Of a DNA stretch of 64,000 nucleotides, positions 1 through 9,130 are shown one piece after another. This stretch comes from Chthonomonadaceae bacterium (lineage in GTDB: Bacteria; Armatimonadota; Chthonomonadetes; Chthonomonadales; Chthonomonadaceae). The stretch's first letter is position 1. Every line of letters begins with the position of its first letter. The notes under the pieces were generated by a model that was given only the letters and a program-made list of their open reading frames with translations, was not told the DNA's origin and made no database searches. The stretch is taken from positions 1 to 64,000 of the forward strand of contig DASRGZ010000143.1 in the NCBI GenBank assembly GCA_035650735.1, read 5' to 3'. The position numbers and the translations under genes were made by a program.

Positions 1-51
1 GTGTGATGCACTTGGGTCCTCTTGAGGAGATAGGCCAGCCGCTCATTAGAG

Positions 52-83
52 GCTTGGTGCTCGCTAGAAAGCGAGCACCAAGC
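52..83. terminator. 14-bp perfect inverted repeat, terminator-like hairpin
   Basis: GCTTGGTGCTCGCT-AGAA-AGCGAGCACCAAGC; no clear U-tract. Confidence 0.4.
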
Positions 84-299
84 GGTCATCAGCCTCCAAG
101 TCCTCTCTCGAAGCAGGCAAAAAAGGGCATAACACCCTCTAAAGGGCAGGGCATTGATAGTCATGCAGGCTTTGCCTGTTTGCCGTGACATGGGCGCAAG
201 AGAATACGCTTCTCGCTATCCTCTGTATACGCGACGCAAACAGGAGTCCTCCCGGATTTTGCCGAGGATTCGGAAGGACTCCTGTTGCTGACAGGGCTG

Positions 300-884
300 C
301 TAGCGCAGCAGGTTCTGAATCGCCTCCTCCAGCGCCTCCTGTCCCTTCTTGTCCGCTTTCAGGTTGACGAATTTACTCGCCACCATCTTATTTTTATAGA
401 GGAAGACGGTGTTGCGGACGCGCGCATCCGTATTGATGCCATAGTCCTTGACCGCGTTATCGTCGAGATTGGGCAGAAAGGCAATGCCGATGTGGGTGAT
501 GTTCCTATCCGCTGCCATTTTTTCCAGGGACTTAGTAAGGTCTTCAGGCTCTTCCTCGCCGGGGTTGGTGAAGATGACAAACGCCTTAAGCCCTTGATTG
601 GCATGGGCCTGCACGGCCTTTTCCAGCGTCTCGGCCAGCGCGACGGCGTTCTTGGTGTTGTCCGTGTTAATCCAGACCTGCACCGCAGGTCGATCGCCGT
701 ACTTTCAAACGGGACAGGTTCGCGTGCCGCGATCCGGGCCGACGACGTGCTGGGGATTGTAGGCCGGGAGCGTCGTGCCAACCTCCAGGCCGGAGGTCAG
801 CTTTGTCTTTTGCTCCTGGGTCAGGGCTGGCAGGGTCAGCGCCGCAAGCAGCAGTCCTGCCAGTACCATGCGAAGGCTTTGCAT
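300..884 (-). CDS. Exported thioredoxin-like (seleno)protein with CxxU motif, 194 aa, read through an in-frame UGA at 705-707
   Basis: AGGAGG RBS then ATG 884; signal peptide MQSLRMVLAGLLLAALTLPA; SGLEVGTTLPAYNPQHVVGPDRGTRT-C-P-V-UGA-KYGDRPAVQVW continues in frame into ORF 300..683. Confidence 0.8.
675..691 (-). promoter_or_regulatory. Putative bacterial SECIS element
   Basis: GACCUGC-GGU-GCAGGUC perfect 7-bp stem with G-first loop, starting 13 nt after the UGA. Confidence 0.7.
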
Positions 885-1011
885 TGGCTGTTACCCTCCT
901 TGGGGATCGGGAATGGAAAGGTCTGATGGCTCTCGCTCGCCATATAAAGGCTTACCTTCTAATATGGATCGTAGGAACCGCGTGTTCCCAAAAATCGAAA
1001 GTTCTGCAAAT

Positions 1012-1980
1012 TTAGTGCGCGGCTGCCCTCTGGAGCGCCTGCCGCAACTGCTCCAGCGTGGTGTTACCGCCCGAGCAGACGATGCCGACCTTCTTGCCGC
1101 GCAGCTGGTCACGCAGGCGATACGCGGCGGCCAGGGAGGCCGCTCCCGCGCCCTCGGCCAGCGTGTGCGCGCGCTCGATCATCCAGGCCATCGCCTGCAA
1201 GATCGCGTCATCGGGGACCAGGATAAAATCGTGCAGCCGCTCTTGTAGGATAGCCTGGGGCAGGGCGAACCCCACGCCGGTCGCCAGCCCCTCGGCCAGC
1301 GTGCCGCTGGGAGCCTCTACGATCCGGCGCTGCCGCCACGACTCGTAGGCTGCCGGGGAGGCTTCCGACTGAACGCCAATGACCCGGATCGCCGGGTTGA
1401 TGGTATTGGCGACCAGGCAGGCGCCCGCCGCGCCGCTGCCGCCCCCAATGGGCACGATCAGCGCCTCCAGGTCGGGCCTGTCCTCCAGCATCTCCAGGGA
1501 GACCGTCGCCACGCCCGCGATCAGCAGCGGCTCGTCGCCGGAATGGATGTAGCGGTAGCCGTGCTGCGCGGCCAGGGCCTCGCAGTGGAGGCGGGCCTCA
1601 TCGAAGCTCTGGCCGTGAAAGATAAGCTCGGCGCCCATGCCCTGCATCGCCGCCACTTTGCCGGGATTGGCCCCTTCCGGCACGACGATGCGCGCCCGCA
1701 CGCCAAACAGCCGCGCCGCATACGCCACCGACTGACCATGATTGCCTGTGGAGGCCGTGATGACGCCGCGCGCCCGCTCCTCCGGACTCAAGCGCGATAC
1801 CAGGTTGATGCCTCCCCGCACCTTGAACGCGCCGACCGGCTGGTAGTTCTCCTGCTTGATAAAGACCTCGGCGCCGATCAACTCATTCACGGCGGGATAC
1901 GTGTGCAGCGGCGTGCGGGCCAGGTAGGGTCGGATCTGTCTCTGGGCGTCGAGGACGTCGCGGAAATCGGGAATGTTCAC
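1012..1980 (-). CDS. PLP-dependent threonine/serine dehydratase (no ACT domain)
   Basis: KQENYQPVGAFKVRG PLP-lysine motif, ASTGNHG, VPIGGGSG, CSGGN. Confidence 0.9.
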   Translation of the reverse strand: MNIPDFRDVLDAQRQIRPYLARTPLHTYPAVNELIGAEVFIKQENYQPVGAFKVRGGINLVSRLSPEERARGVITASTGNHGQSVAYAARLFGVRARIVVPEGANPGKVAAMQGMGAELIFHGQSFDEARLHCEALAAQHGYRYIHSGDEPLLIAGVATVSLEMLEDRPDLEALIVPIGGGSGAAGACLVANTINPAIRVIGVQSEASPAAYESWRQRRIVEAPSGTLAEGLATGVGFALPQAILQERLHDFILVPDDAILQAMAWMIERAHTLAEGAGAASLAAAYRLRDQLRGKKVGIVCSGGNTTLEQLRQALQRAAAH

Positions 1981-2217
1981 GGGTTAATTGCTCCTGCACG
2001 ATCCAGATTAGGCTTAAATCAGGGATACAATTAGAGAGAGTGTGCCCGGATTTCCTTCCGTTCTGGCCCCCACCCCCGGCCCCCACTGCCAGGGTCGGGG
2101 GTTAGGTTAAGTAAGGACAGAGGGTGAGGACCGCAAACGCAAGGAACGCGGCCCGAGGAGGGCGAACCTAACGCGAAGTCGATCCGTATCCAACGCGGGA
2201 GGGCGTGGAGGCACCCT

Positions 2218-3465
2218 ATGCGCGAGCGCTTTGATGTTCTTGTCGTGGGTGGCGGGCCGGCGGGGGCCAGCGTGGGAACGTGGCTGGCGCGCGCCGGGTT
2301 TCACGTCGCCCTGCTGGATCGCGCCCACTTCCCGCGCGATAAAGCCTGCGGCGAGTTCCTGACGCTGGAGGCGCGTCATCTGCTGGAGGACCTGGGCGCG
2401 TGGCCCGATGTCCGTGCGGCCGGAGTGCGGTCGGTAGCGGCGACGCGGCTCATTGCTCCCAACGGCGCGCAAACGCGGTACATGCCCGCGCACGGCGGGC
2501 CGGCCGGCTACGCGCTGCGGCGCATCGCGCTCGATGGGGCGCTGCTGGCGAACGCGCGCCGGGCGGGAGTGGCAGTGCGCGAGGGCGTCGCCATGCGCGA
2601 GCTGATCCGAGACGCGCGGGGACAGGTTTGCGGCGTCCTCGCCAGGGAGACGGACGGAAGGCCGATGGAGATGCGCGCCCGGCTTGTCATCGGCGCGGAC
2701 GGGGCGCACTCGCTGGTGGCTCGTCAACTCGGCTTGGTGCGCGCTCTGCCCCGCTTGCAGCGCGTCGCCCTCGTCTCCCACTGGCGCGGCGTGCCGGGCG
2801 AGGACGACGCCCTGGAGATGCGCGCTCGCGGGCCGATAGTCTGCGGCCTGGCCTTTCCTGGCCCCGAAGAAGAGAAAGGGGAACAGCAGAACCCATCTGC
2901 CTGCCCCGCCAACCTGACGCTCGTCGTGCCGACCTCCGCCGCCGCGCGGATAGCCGGGCGGGCAGGCGATTTCCTGGAAGAGACCATTGCAGCGCAATTT
3001 CCCGACCTGGCCGCGCGGCTGTCCGGCGCCGAAGGTGAGCCAGCTATCCGCACGGTGGGCTGTTTCGGCCATGTCTGCCGCCCGGCGGTGGCCGATGGCG
3101 CGCTGCTGGTGGGCGATGCGGCCACCTTCATTGATCCCTTCACGGGCGAGGGCGTCTATTTTGCCCTGCGCGGCGCGCAACTGGCGGCGGAGGTCTCTGC
3201 GGATGCCCTCCGCGCGAGCGATACGTCCCGGTCGCGCCTGCGGGCCTACCAGCGGGCGCGGTGCGAGCTGGCCCATCGCTATCTGCTGTGCGACATCGTG
3301 CAGGCCGTGGTCCGCCGGCCCGCCCTCTTTGCCAGAGTGGTGCGCCGCTTCGACCGGTTCCCTGGCCTCGCCGACCGGCTGCTTGGCGTCCTGAGTGACA
3401 CGCGCCCACCTGCCGAGGCGCTGCACCCGGCGTTTCTGTGGCGACTGCTGGTCCCGGAATTTTAA
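2218..3465 (+). CDS. FAD-dependent oxidoreductase, geranylgeranyl reductase-like
   Basis: VVGGGPAG, FPRDKACGE, GADG, LVGDAA..DPFTGEG. Confidence 0.9.
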   Translation: MRERFDVLVVGGGPAGASVGTWLARAGFHVALLDRAHFPRDKACGEFLTLEARHLLEDLGAWPDVRAAGVRSVAATRLIAPNGAQTRYMPAHGGPAGYALRRIALDGALLANARRAGVAVREGVAMRELIRDARGQVCGVLARETDGRPMEMRARLVIGADGAHSLVARQLGLVRALPRLQRVALVSHWRGVPGEDDALEMRARGPIVCGLAFPGPEEEKGEQQNPSACPANLTLVVPTSAAARIAGRAGDFLEETIAAQFPDLAARLSGAEGEPAIRTVGCFGHVCRPAVADGALLVGDAATFIDPFTGEGVYFALRGAQLAAEVSADALRASDTSRSRLRAYQRARCELAHRYLLCDIVQAVVRRPALFARVVRRFDRFPGLADRLLGVLSDTRPPAEALHPAFLWRLLVPEF

Positions 3466-3641
3466 AAGCCAAAACCTCCACAGGATGAACAGGATTAGAC
3501 AGGATTAAACAGGATCTCTAAAACCCACCCAACCAACCGAATTTCTGTTCCTCTGGATTACAAGTTGACTGGAAGACTTTTCTCTCTTGCCTTAATCCTG
3601 TAAATCCTGCAACATCCTGTTCATCCTGTTGAAAGGCTTTT
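3466..3641. repeat. CAGGAT/ATCCTG periodic palindromic element, copy 1
   Basis: Four CAGGAT units at about 10-nt period on the left arm, four ATCCTG on the right; related copies at 43354 and 56561. Confidence 0.85.
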
Positions 3642-3677
3642 CTCGCGGAGCGGGTGGTTTCAAAAAGGAGGTTTGCT

Positions 3678-4667
3678 GTGGTAGATACCGCATTTTTGAA
3701 GGCGTTGACGGAGGTGCCCTCGGTGGGAACGGCCTGCGGGCCGATAACTAAGGTGCTGATGGAGCGGTTTGGCGACGGCTATCTGCGCACGCTGATCCCC
3801 GACGGCTACTGCTTGTTCCAGAAGGCCGGCTACGCGCCGGAGGGGCTGCGTATCGTCTTCGTCGCGCATCTGGACGAGATCGGCGGCTGCATCTATGGGC
3901 CGCGTGCGGCGGCGGAGGGCGGCGGCTACCATACGCGCCACTGGGGCAACGTGGCGGAAGTCTTCGCCAACGCCAGCCTGCAAGCCTTCGACTATCTGGC
4001 GGAGGATGCCTCTGAAGCCTTCCCAGTGCAGGCCGAGATCGCCCTGGTCGGCGAGGAGGAGCGCCTGGTCCTGCATGGGGAGGGCATTCGTCCCTACCGC
4101 ACGGCCTGGACCTTCCGCGAGGAGACCACGTTTCGCGGCGACATCATCGAGGGCAAGGCGCTCGACCCGCGCGTGACCGTCTACGCTGTCGCCGAGGCCG
4201 TCCGCGCGCTGGATTCGCCGGAGGTCGGGGCGCTGTTTGTCATGGCGGAGGAGTGCGCGATGGACGTGGCGCGTAAGGCTGTTACGTTCCTGCAGCGCCG
4301 CGCCTCGCACCTGGAGCTGATCGCTAACGCGGATGTGCCCTGGATCAACAACCTCGGAGAGGGACGGCTGGACATGCCCGCCATCCGCATCTTCGAGGGG
4401 CGCAACTTTATTGACCCGGCGTTTGGCATCCGCGTGACGGAGAAGCTGCAGGCGCAGGGCGTGGAAGTCTCGCTTTCCGCCGCGCGCAGCGGCAGTCAGA
4501 CGCTGCTCTTCACGCCGCTGGCACCCACGCTCTCCATCGCCCTGCCCAGCGAGGGCGTTCATCTGCCGCGCGTGCGAATGAGCTTGAAGGGCACCGAGCG
4601 GTGTGTGGCGCTGCTGCGGGCCATCGGGGAGGGCGCGCTCAACGGCGATTTCTCGTTATACGAATAG
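3678..4667 (+). CDS. M42/M20-clan metallopeptidase-like protein
   Basis: AGGAGG then GTG 3678; AHLDEIG, GKALDPR, AEE and GVH metal-ligand pattern. Confidence 0.7.
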   Translation: MVDTAFLKALTEVPSVGTACGPITKVLMERFGDGYLRTLIPDGYCLFQKAGYAPEGLRIVFVAHLDEIGGCIYGPRAAAEGGGYHTRHWGNVAEVFANASLQAFDYLAEDASEAFPVQAEIALVGEEERLVLHGEGIRPYRTAWTFREETTFRGDIIEGKALDPRVTVYAVAEAVRALDSPEVGALFVMAEECAMDVARKAVTFLQRRASHLELIANADVPWINNLGEGRLDMPAIRIFEGRNFIDPAFGIRVTEKLQAQGVEVSLSAARSGSQTLLFTPLAPTLSIALPSEGVHLPRVRMSLKGTERCVALLRAIGEGALNGDFSLYE

Positions 4668-4735
4668 AATCGTAACTACCGTGCAACAAATTTTACACAG
4701 TAGTTCGTTTCTATGAATAGAAGGGAGTAGCAGCA

Positions 4736-6175
4736 ATGCCAACAGGGGAAAATCCGCTCGTCTTGATCGCGGGCGAAGGGCCTTACCAGGCCACCGATGA
4801 GGTCCCGGTGGCCTTCCAGGCGGACATGGAGGCGCGGCTCAAGGCCATCTACGATGGTTTTGTCGCCGAGCAGCAGGCCGGGCTGGAAACGCTCAAAAAG
4901 CACCTGCGCGCCTGGACCGTCAGCCACTTGCAGGAGAAGGACATCGCCGATACCCTGGCGCTGGCCAATCGCATTCGCGAGCGGTTTGCGGCGTTTGTGC
5001 TGGTCGGCATCGGCGGCTCCGACCTGGGCGCGCGCACGCTCCACGACACCCTCGACGACCCTTACCATAACCAGCGGACGCCGGAGGAGCGCGGCGGCGC
5101 GCCGGAGATCTACTTCACCGGGGATACTTTCGACCCCAAGCGCCTTGTCGCGCTTCTGGACCTGCTCAAAAGGCGCGGCCTGCTGACCAGGACCTGCTTC
5201 GACATCGTCAGCAAGTCCGGCAAGACCGGCGAGACCATCGCGGCGGCGATGATTATCCGTGAGCAACTGCGGGAGGCGGGCGCGCAGGACTGGGCGCAGA
5301 ACATGGTCGCCACTACCGGCTTTGAGGAGAGCAGCGTCCTCTGGCAGATGAACAAGCAGGCCCCGTTTTTCGGCCTGCTGCCCGTGCCAGAGGGAGTCGG
5401 CGGGCGCTTCAGCTACATCTCCCCAGTCGGCCTGCTGCCGTTTGCCGTCACTGCTAACGCCCGCGCCGAATCGCCGGAAGCGCGTCTGAAGAGCGCGCTG
5501 GCGGGCCAGGCGGAGGGGCATCGCCGCTTCCTCGCGCCGCTGGACGACCCCGACAACGTGGCCTATCGCCTGGCCCGCTGGCTCCAGTTCGCCGAGCAGT
5601 TCGACCGTAAGGGTGTCCTCGTCTTCTGCAACTACGCCGACGATGCCCGCATCACCGACTGGATGGGCCAGCTCTACAGCGAGAGCATTCAGGAGCGCGG
5701 CGGCGGGCTTAATATTCTGGGCACGCGCGGCCCGACCGGCAACCACTCCCTGCTTAACGGTATCCTGCGCGGCCCGCGCGATAAGGTCGTCCTCTTCCTG
5801 CAGTGGCAGGACCTGGGGCCGAACCTGACCATCCCGACCGGCACAGGCATCGGCGGCGACCTGGCGGCCTTCGAGGGCCTGACGATGACCCAGGTGCAGA
5901 CCGCCTCCTGGCAGGGCACCTTTGATGACTATACCTCCAACGGCCTCTCCTGCGTGACGCTGCGCCTCGCCCGACGGGACGCCTACCATCTGTTCCTGCT
6001 CATGCGCACGCTAATGGATACGGTCGCCATTAAGGGACGGCTGCAGCTTCTCCAGATTGATGAGAACGGCCAGCCAAACTATGAGACCGAGCTGACCTAC
6101 CAGCAGCACGGCGTGGAGGGCTATAAGCAGCGCACCCGTGAGAATGCGCAGAGAATGCGCGGCAGCGCGGCCTGA
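4736..6175 (+). CDS. pgi: Glucose-6-phosphate isomerase
   Basis: GIGGSDLG, SKSGKTGET, VGGRFS, QLYSES, QHGVEGYK. Confidence 0.9.
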   Translation: MPTGENPLVLIAGEGPYQATDEVPVAFQADMEARLKAIYDGFVAEQQAGLETLKKHLRAWTVSHLQEKDIADTLALANRIRERFAAFVLVGIGGSDLGARTLHDTLDDPYHNQRTPEERGGAPEIYFTGDTFDPKRLVALLDLLKRRGLLTRTCFDIVSKSGKTGETIAAAMIIREQLREAGAQDWAQNMVATTGFEESSVLWQMNKQAPFFGLLPVPEGVGGRFSYISPVGLLPFAVTANARAESPEARLKSALAGQAEGHRRFLAPLDDPDNVAYRLARWLQFAEQFDRKGVLVFCNYADDARITDWMGQLYSESIQERGGGLNILGTRGPTGNHSLLNGILRGPRDKVVLFLQWQDLGPNLTIPTGTGIGGDLAAFEGLTMTQVQTASWQGTFDDYTSNGLSCVTLRLARRDAYHLFLLMRTLMDTVAIKGRLQLLQIDENGQPNYETELTYQQHGVEGYKQRTRENAQRMRGSAA

Positions 6176-6277
6176 TCGCGCGTTTGAAGCGCCTCTATCA
6201 CAAGGGAATGAATTCCCTCGCTGGGTGGCGTTCCGCCCAGTGTTCCCCTACGGGCACACTACCTTTCGGAAGGCTAT

Positions 6278-6508
6278 TTGGTGTCCGCGTAGGCGGACTT
6301 GGTGTCCGCGTAGGCGGAGGGCTGTCGCAAGGCAAAGCCGTGTCGCAAGGTGTCGCAAGGCGGAGGCAAGGGCCGTAACCTTGCCGACCCTGGCAGTGGG
6401 GCGAACCGTTGTAGCCCCGCCCCTGGCAGTCCATTGCAGGGCCGACCCTGGCAGTCCGAAGGCTACCCAGCGAAGGGCTTTAGCCCGTCGTCGAGAGAGA
6501 CCGGGCTT
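6278..6508. repeat. Composite REP-like repeat cluster
   Basis: Tandem TTGGTGTCCGCGTAGGCGGA x2, TGTCGCAAGG x3, CCCTGGCAGT x3; about 6360-6455 matches the reverse complement of 51259-51332. Confidence 0.75.
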
Positions 6509-6580
6509 ACCTGCCTTTCTGAGGGCTCCGGGAGGGGGACCGGCATTTGGGCCGGTTTTTGCGTTTTCCATCCACCGCTA

Positions 6581-6635
6581 TTGACACGAAGCTGCGATGG
6601 TTGCTATAATCCGATCATAGCAGTCATAGCTATGA
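6581..6635 (+). promoter_or_regulatory. Sigma70 promoter plus candidate operator of the GntR/LacI gene
   Basis: TTGACA(6581)-18 nt-TATAAT(6605) with extended -10 TG; palindrome TCATAGCTATGA at 6624-6635. Confidence 0.75.
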
Positions 6636-6665
6636 AAATGCCGCCCCATAGCCTGGGAGAGGCCC

Positions 6666-7817
6666 ATGATTGCCTTGAATCTAGATCCCCTGGCGGGGAA
6701 ACCGCTCTACCTGCAAATCGTCGAGCAGATCGAAGCGGCGGTAGAGGCAGATACGCTCAAGGAAGGACAGGCGCTCTGGTCGGCGCGCAAGATCGCCGCG
6801 CATTACCATATCTCCTACCAGACGGCCGAGCGCGCCCTGGCGGAGCTGGCGCGGCGGGGCATCGTGCAACGCTCGGTGGCTGGCGGGACGGTTATCCGTC
6901 CCACCCCGGCGGGGCGGGCAGCGCAGCCAAAAGTGCAGCATCGGGTGATCGCTCTGCTCTCCTGCTGGGAGGTCTGGGGCGCAAAGCCGACCTACACCAT
7001 GGCCGAGTTGGAGATGACGCAGGCGGCGGCCCATGAATTGAGCGCCGGACTCTGGGGATTGTTGTCCTTCTCGCCCGGCAGCGGCGACGTGCCTGGCGGC
7101 TTTTCGGTGGCGAGGTTGGCCGATTGGTGTCACCAGGTAAAGTTCGACGGCGCGATTGTCTTTGGCAACATGCCGGAGCGGGGCCTGCGATGGCTGACCC
7201 GGCACGGTTATCCTCTCGTCGTCGCCGACGCCGAGCCGGAGGGGCCGTATCCGCGCGTCGTACACGATAACTATGGCGGTATGCGGGCCGCCGTGGAGCA
7301 TCTGCTGGCGCTCGGGCACCGGCGGATCGCCTTTCTGCGCGGCGACCGGCCTTACCACTATGGGGTGCGGCAGCGCGCCTATGAGGAGGCGCTGCGGGAT
7401 GCCGGAACCGTCGTAGACCCGGAGCGTATTCTCAGCGTAAGGCGTCCTAAACCCAGTGTCGAGGATGCTCTGGATTTCTGGCTGAATTTGCCGCCGGAGC
7501 GCCGTCCGACTGCGATTGCCGCTGGATCGGACATCCTGGCCGCTCTGGTGATCAAATGCCTTCAGGAACGCGGGCTGCGCGTTCCCGAGGTCGTCTCGCT
7601 CACCGGTTATGATGACGAGCCGTTCGCGCCCATGCTCGATCCGCCATTGACGACCTTGCGCGTCTCCTGGGCCGAGATGGGGCGTGCGGCAGCCCATCTG
7701 CTGTTGGACAGCCTTGCCGATAAGGATGGCAATGAGGCGGGCCTGGCCGATCCGCCGCGCCGTCAGGTCATCCCGGCGCAACTGATCCTGCGCAGCTCCA
7801 CCTGTCCGCCAGCGTAG
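6666..7817 (+). CDS. AraR-like regulator (GntR HTH plus LacI-type sugar-binding domain)
   Basis: PLYLQI..SARKIA..ISYQTAERAL; DNYGG, LGHRRIAF, VPEVVSLTGYDD, PPLTT. Confidence 0.9.
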   Translation: MIALNLDPLAGKPLYLQIVEQIEAAVEADTLKEGQALWSARKIAAHYHISYQTAERALAELARRGIVQRSVAGGTVIRPTPAGRAAQPKVQHRVIALLSCWEVWGAKPTYTMAELEMTQAAAHELSAGLWGLLSFSPGSGDVPGGFSVARLADWCHQVKFDGAIVFGNMPERGLRWLTRHGYPLVVADAEPEGPYPRVVHDNYGGMRAAVEHLLALGHRRIAFLRGDRPYHYGVRQRAYEEALRDAGTVVDPERILSVRRPKPSVEDALDFWLNLPPERRPTAIAAGSDILAALVIKCLQERGLRVPEVVSLTGYDDEPFAPMLDPPLTTLRVSWAEMGRAAAHLLLDSLADKDGNEAGLADPPRRQVIPAQLILRSSTCPPA

Positions 7818-7910
7818 GGAAGCTGTGTCTCTGCCCTTCCGAAAGAGGGCGCGATGTTTTTGAAAAACGAACTCCGTTTTTCAAGCTGGAATGGAGGAAA
7901 AGAGGAAACT

Positions 7911-8687
7911 ATGCCACGAAGTTCACGACGAGGATTTACGCTGATCGAATTGCTCGTCGTTATCGCGATTATCGCCATCCTGGCGGCCATCCTGTTCCCG
8001 GTCTTCGCCCAGGCCCGCGAGAAGGCGCGCGGCATCGCCTGCCTATCGAATATGCGCCAGCTTGGTATCGCCTTCCAAATGTACTTCCAGGATGATGATT
8101 ACGCCTCTATCCGGGATACCGACTGGTCGTTTGATCACTATCCCTACTGCTGGAACGGCTGGCTGCAGCCCTACGTCAAGAACGAGCAGATCTTTAAGTG
8201 TCCGAGCCACGGCTTGCCTGCCGCCGGCTCTTGGGAATCCCAGCCGTATGATCCGAACCTGGAGTATCGGGACAAGTCCTACGGCATCAGTGTCTACGGC
8301 GCCGTCGTGAGCATCCCGCTCCAGCGCGATGGAGAGCCTATCCAGCCCTGGATGGTCGACTCGCTGAAGTACCCTGCCGAGCGCATCCTGCTCTACGAGG
8401 TGGTGTCGAACCTGGGCGACGGCTGGGGTGACAACGCCTGGTGGGTCTATAACGGGCCGTATGACGACCCCAATTCGGTCGAGACGCGCCGACTGGCGTT
8501 CCGCCACACGAACGGCATGAACACGCTTCTCTTTGACGGGCACGCCAAATTCTACAACAAAGACTTCCTGCTGAACATGATGGACGTTAACAAGACGCCG
8601 CGGCAGCGTGGGCCGGGGGATTGCAAGTACCAGTTCTACCGCACGGTCTATTATCCGTGGAGCGCGGACATGAGCTGCCAGGATTAG
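7911..8687 (+). CDS. Prepilin-type N-terminal cleavage/methylation protein, DUF1559/H-X9-DG
   Basis: [36 protein letters not shown]-terminal [12 protein letters not shown]. Confidence 0.92.
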   Translation: MPRSSRRGFTLIELLVVIAIIAILAAILFPVFAQAREKARGIACLSNMRQLGIAFQMYFQDDDYASIRDTDWSFDHYPYCWNGWLQPYVKNEQIFKCPSHGLPAAGSWESQPYDPNLEYRDKSYGISVYGAVVSIPLQRDGEPIQPWMVDSLKYPAERILLYEVVSNLGDGWGDNAWWVYNGPYDDPNSVETRRLAFRHTNGMNTLLFDGHAKFYNKDFLLNMMDVNKTPRQRGPGDCKYQFYRTVYYPWSADMSCQD

Positions 8688-8795
8688 CGGTTCATCTGGT
8701 GAAGCAGGAGCCGGCTGCTCAGGATGCAGCCGACAAAGCGCCGCCGGAGCCTTCCTGCGCTCCGGCTTCGCTCCATTTCAAGGGAAGAAGTAACG

Positions 8796-8993
8796 ATGAA
8801 GAAGGAAGTAAGCCCGCTCACGATGGCGATTGTGGGTATCGTTATTCTGGCAGCCATCGTACTGCTGTTTTGGAAGGGAACGACCCCTGCCGGCGTGAAA
8901 ACCGCCAAGCCGCCCAAACCCAACCCGCCAACGGGGGCGATGCCTGCCGAGCCTAAGGCGCCGCAGGGAGGCATTCCCGCACCCCCTGAGTAG
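8796..8993 (+). CDS. Small single-TM Pro-rich protein next to the pilin-like gene
   Basis: MKKEVSP, hydrophobic helix, P/G/K-rich tail; paralog at 15094-15381. Confidence 0.75.
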   Translation: MKKEVSPLTMAIVGIVILAAIVLLFWKGTTPAGVKTAKPPKPNPPTGAMPAEPKAPQGGIPAPPE

Positions 8994-9026
8994 AATCAGG
9001 GCCCTTTCATTAGGCTCAAAAAAGAG

Positions 9027-9055
9027 TTGCCAAATCCAGGCGCATCGGCTATAAT
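9027..9055 (+). promoter_or_regulatory. Sigma70 promoter upstream of the small gene and pyrG
   Basis: TTGCCA-17 nt-TATAAT. Confidence 0.7.
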
Positions 9056-9130
9056 AGTTGTGGGCGCAGCGGGATATACCCCCGTTGCGCCCTTGCGCGT
9101 TTGGAGGGATCGGCGCAGAGGAGAATTCCC

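Noticed and set aside
300..683. 127-aa ORF as a complete gene, or the locus as a nonsense pseudogene
   Set aside because: No RBS at 683; the upstream frame has an RBS, signal peptide, CxxU context and SECIS-like hairpin, favouring recoding
2107..5989. Long antisense ORFs (2107-3426, 3660-4562, 4676-5989 and similar ones elsewhere)
   Set aside because: Shadows of real genes caused by high-GC codon bias; no recognisable motifs
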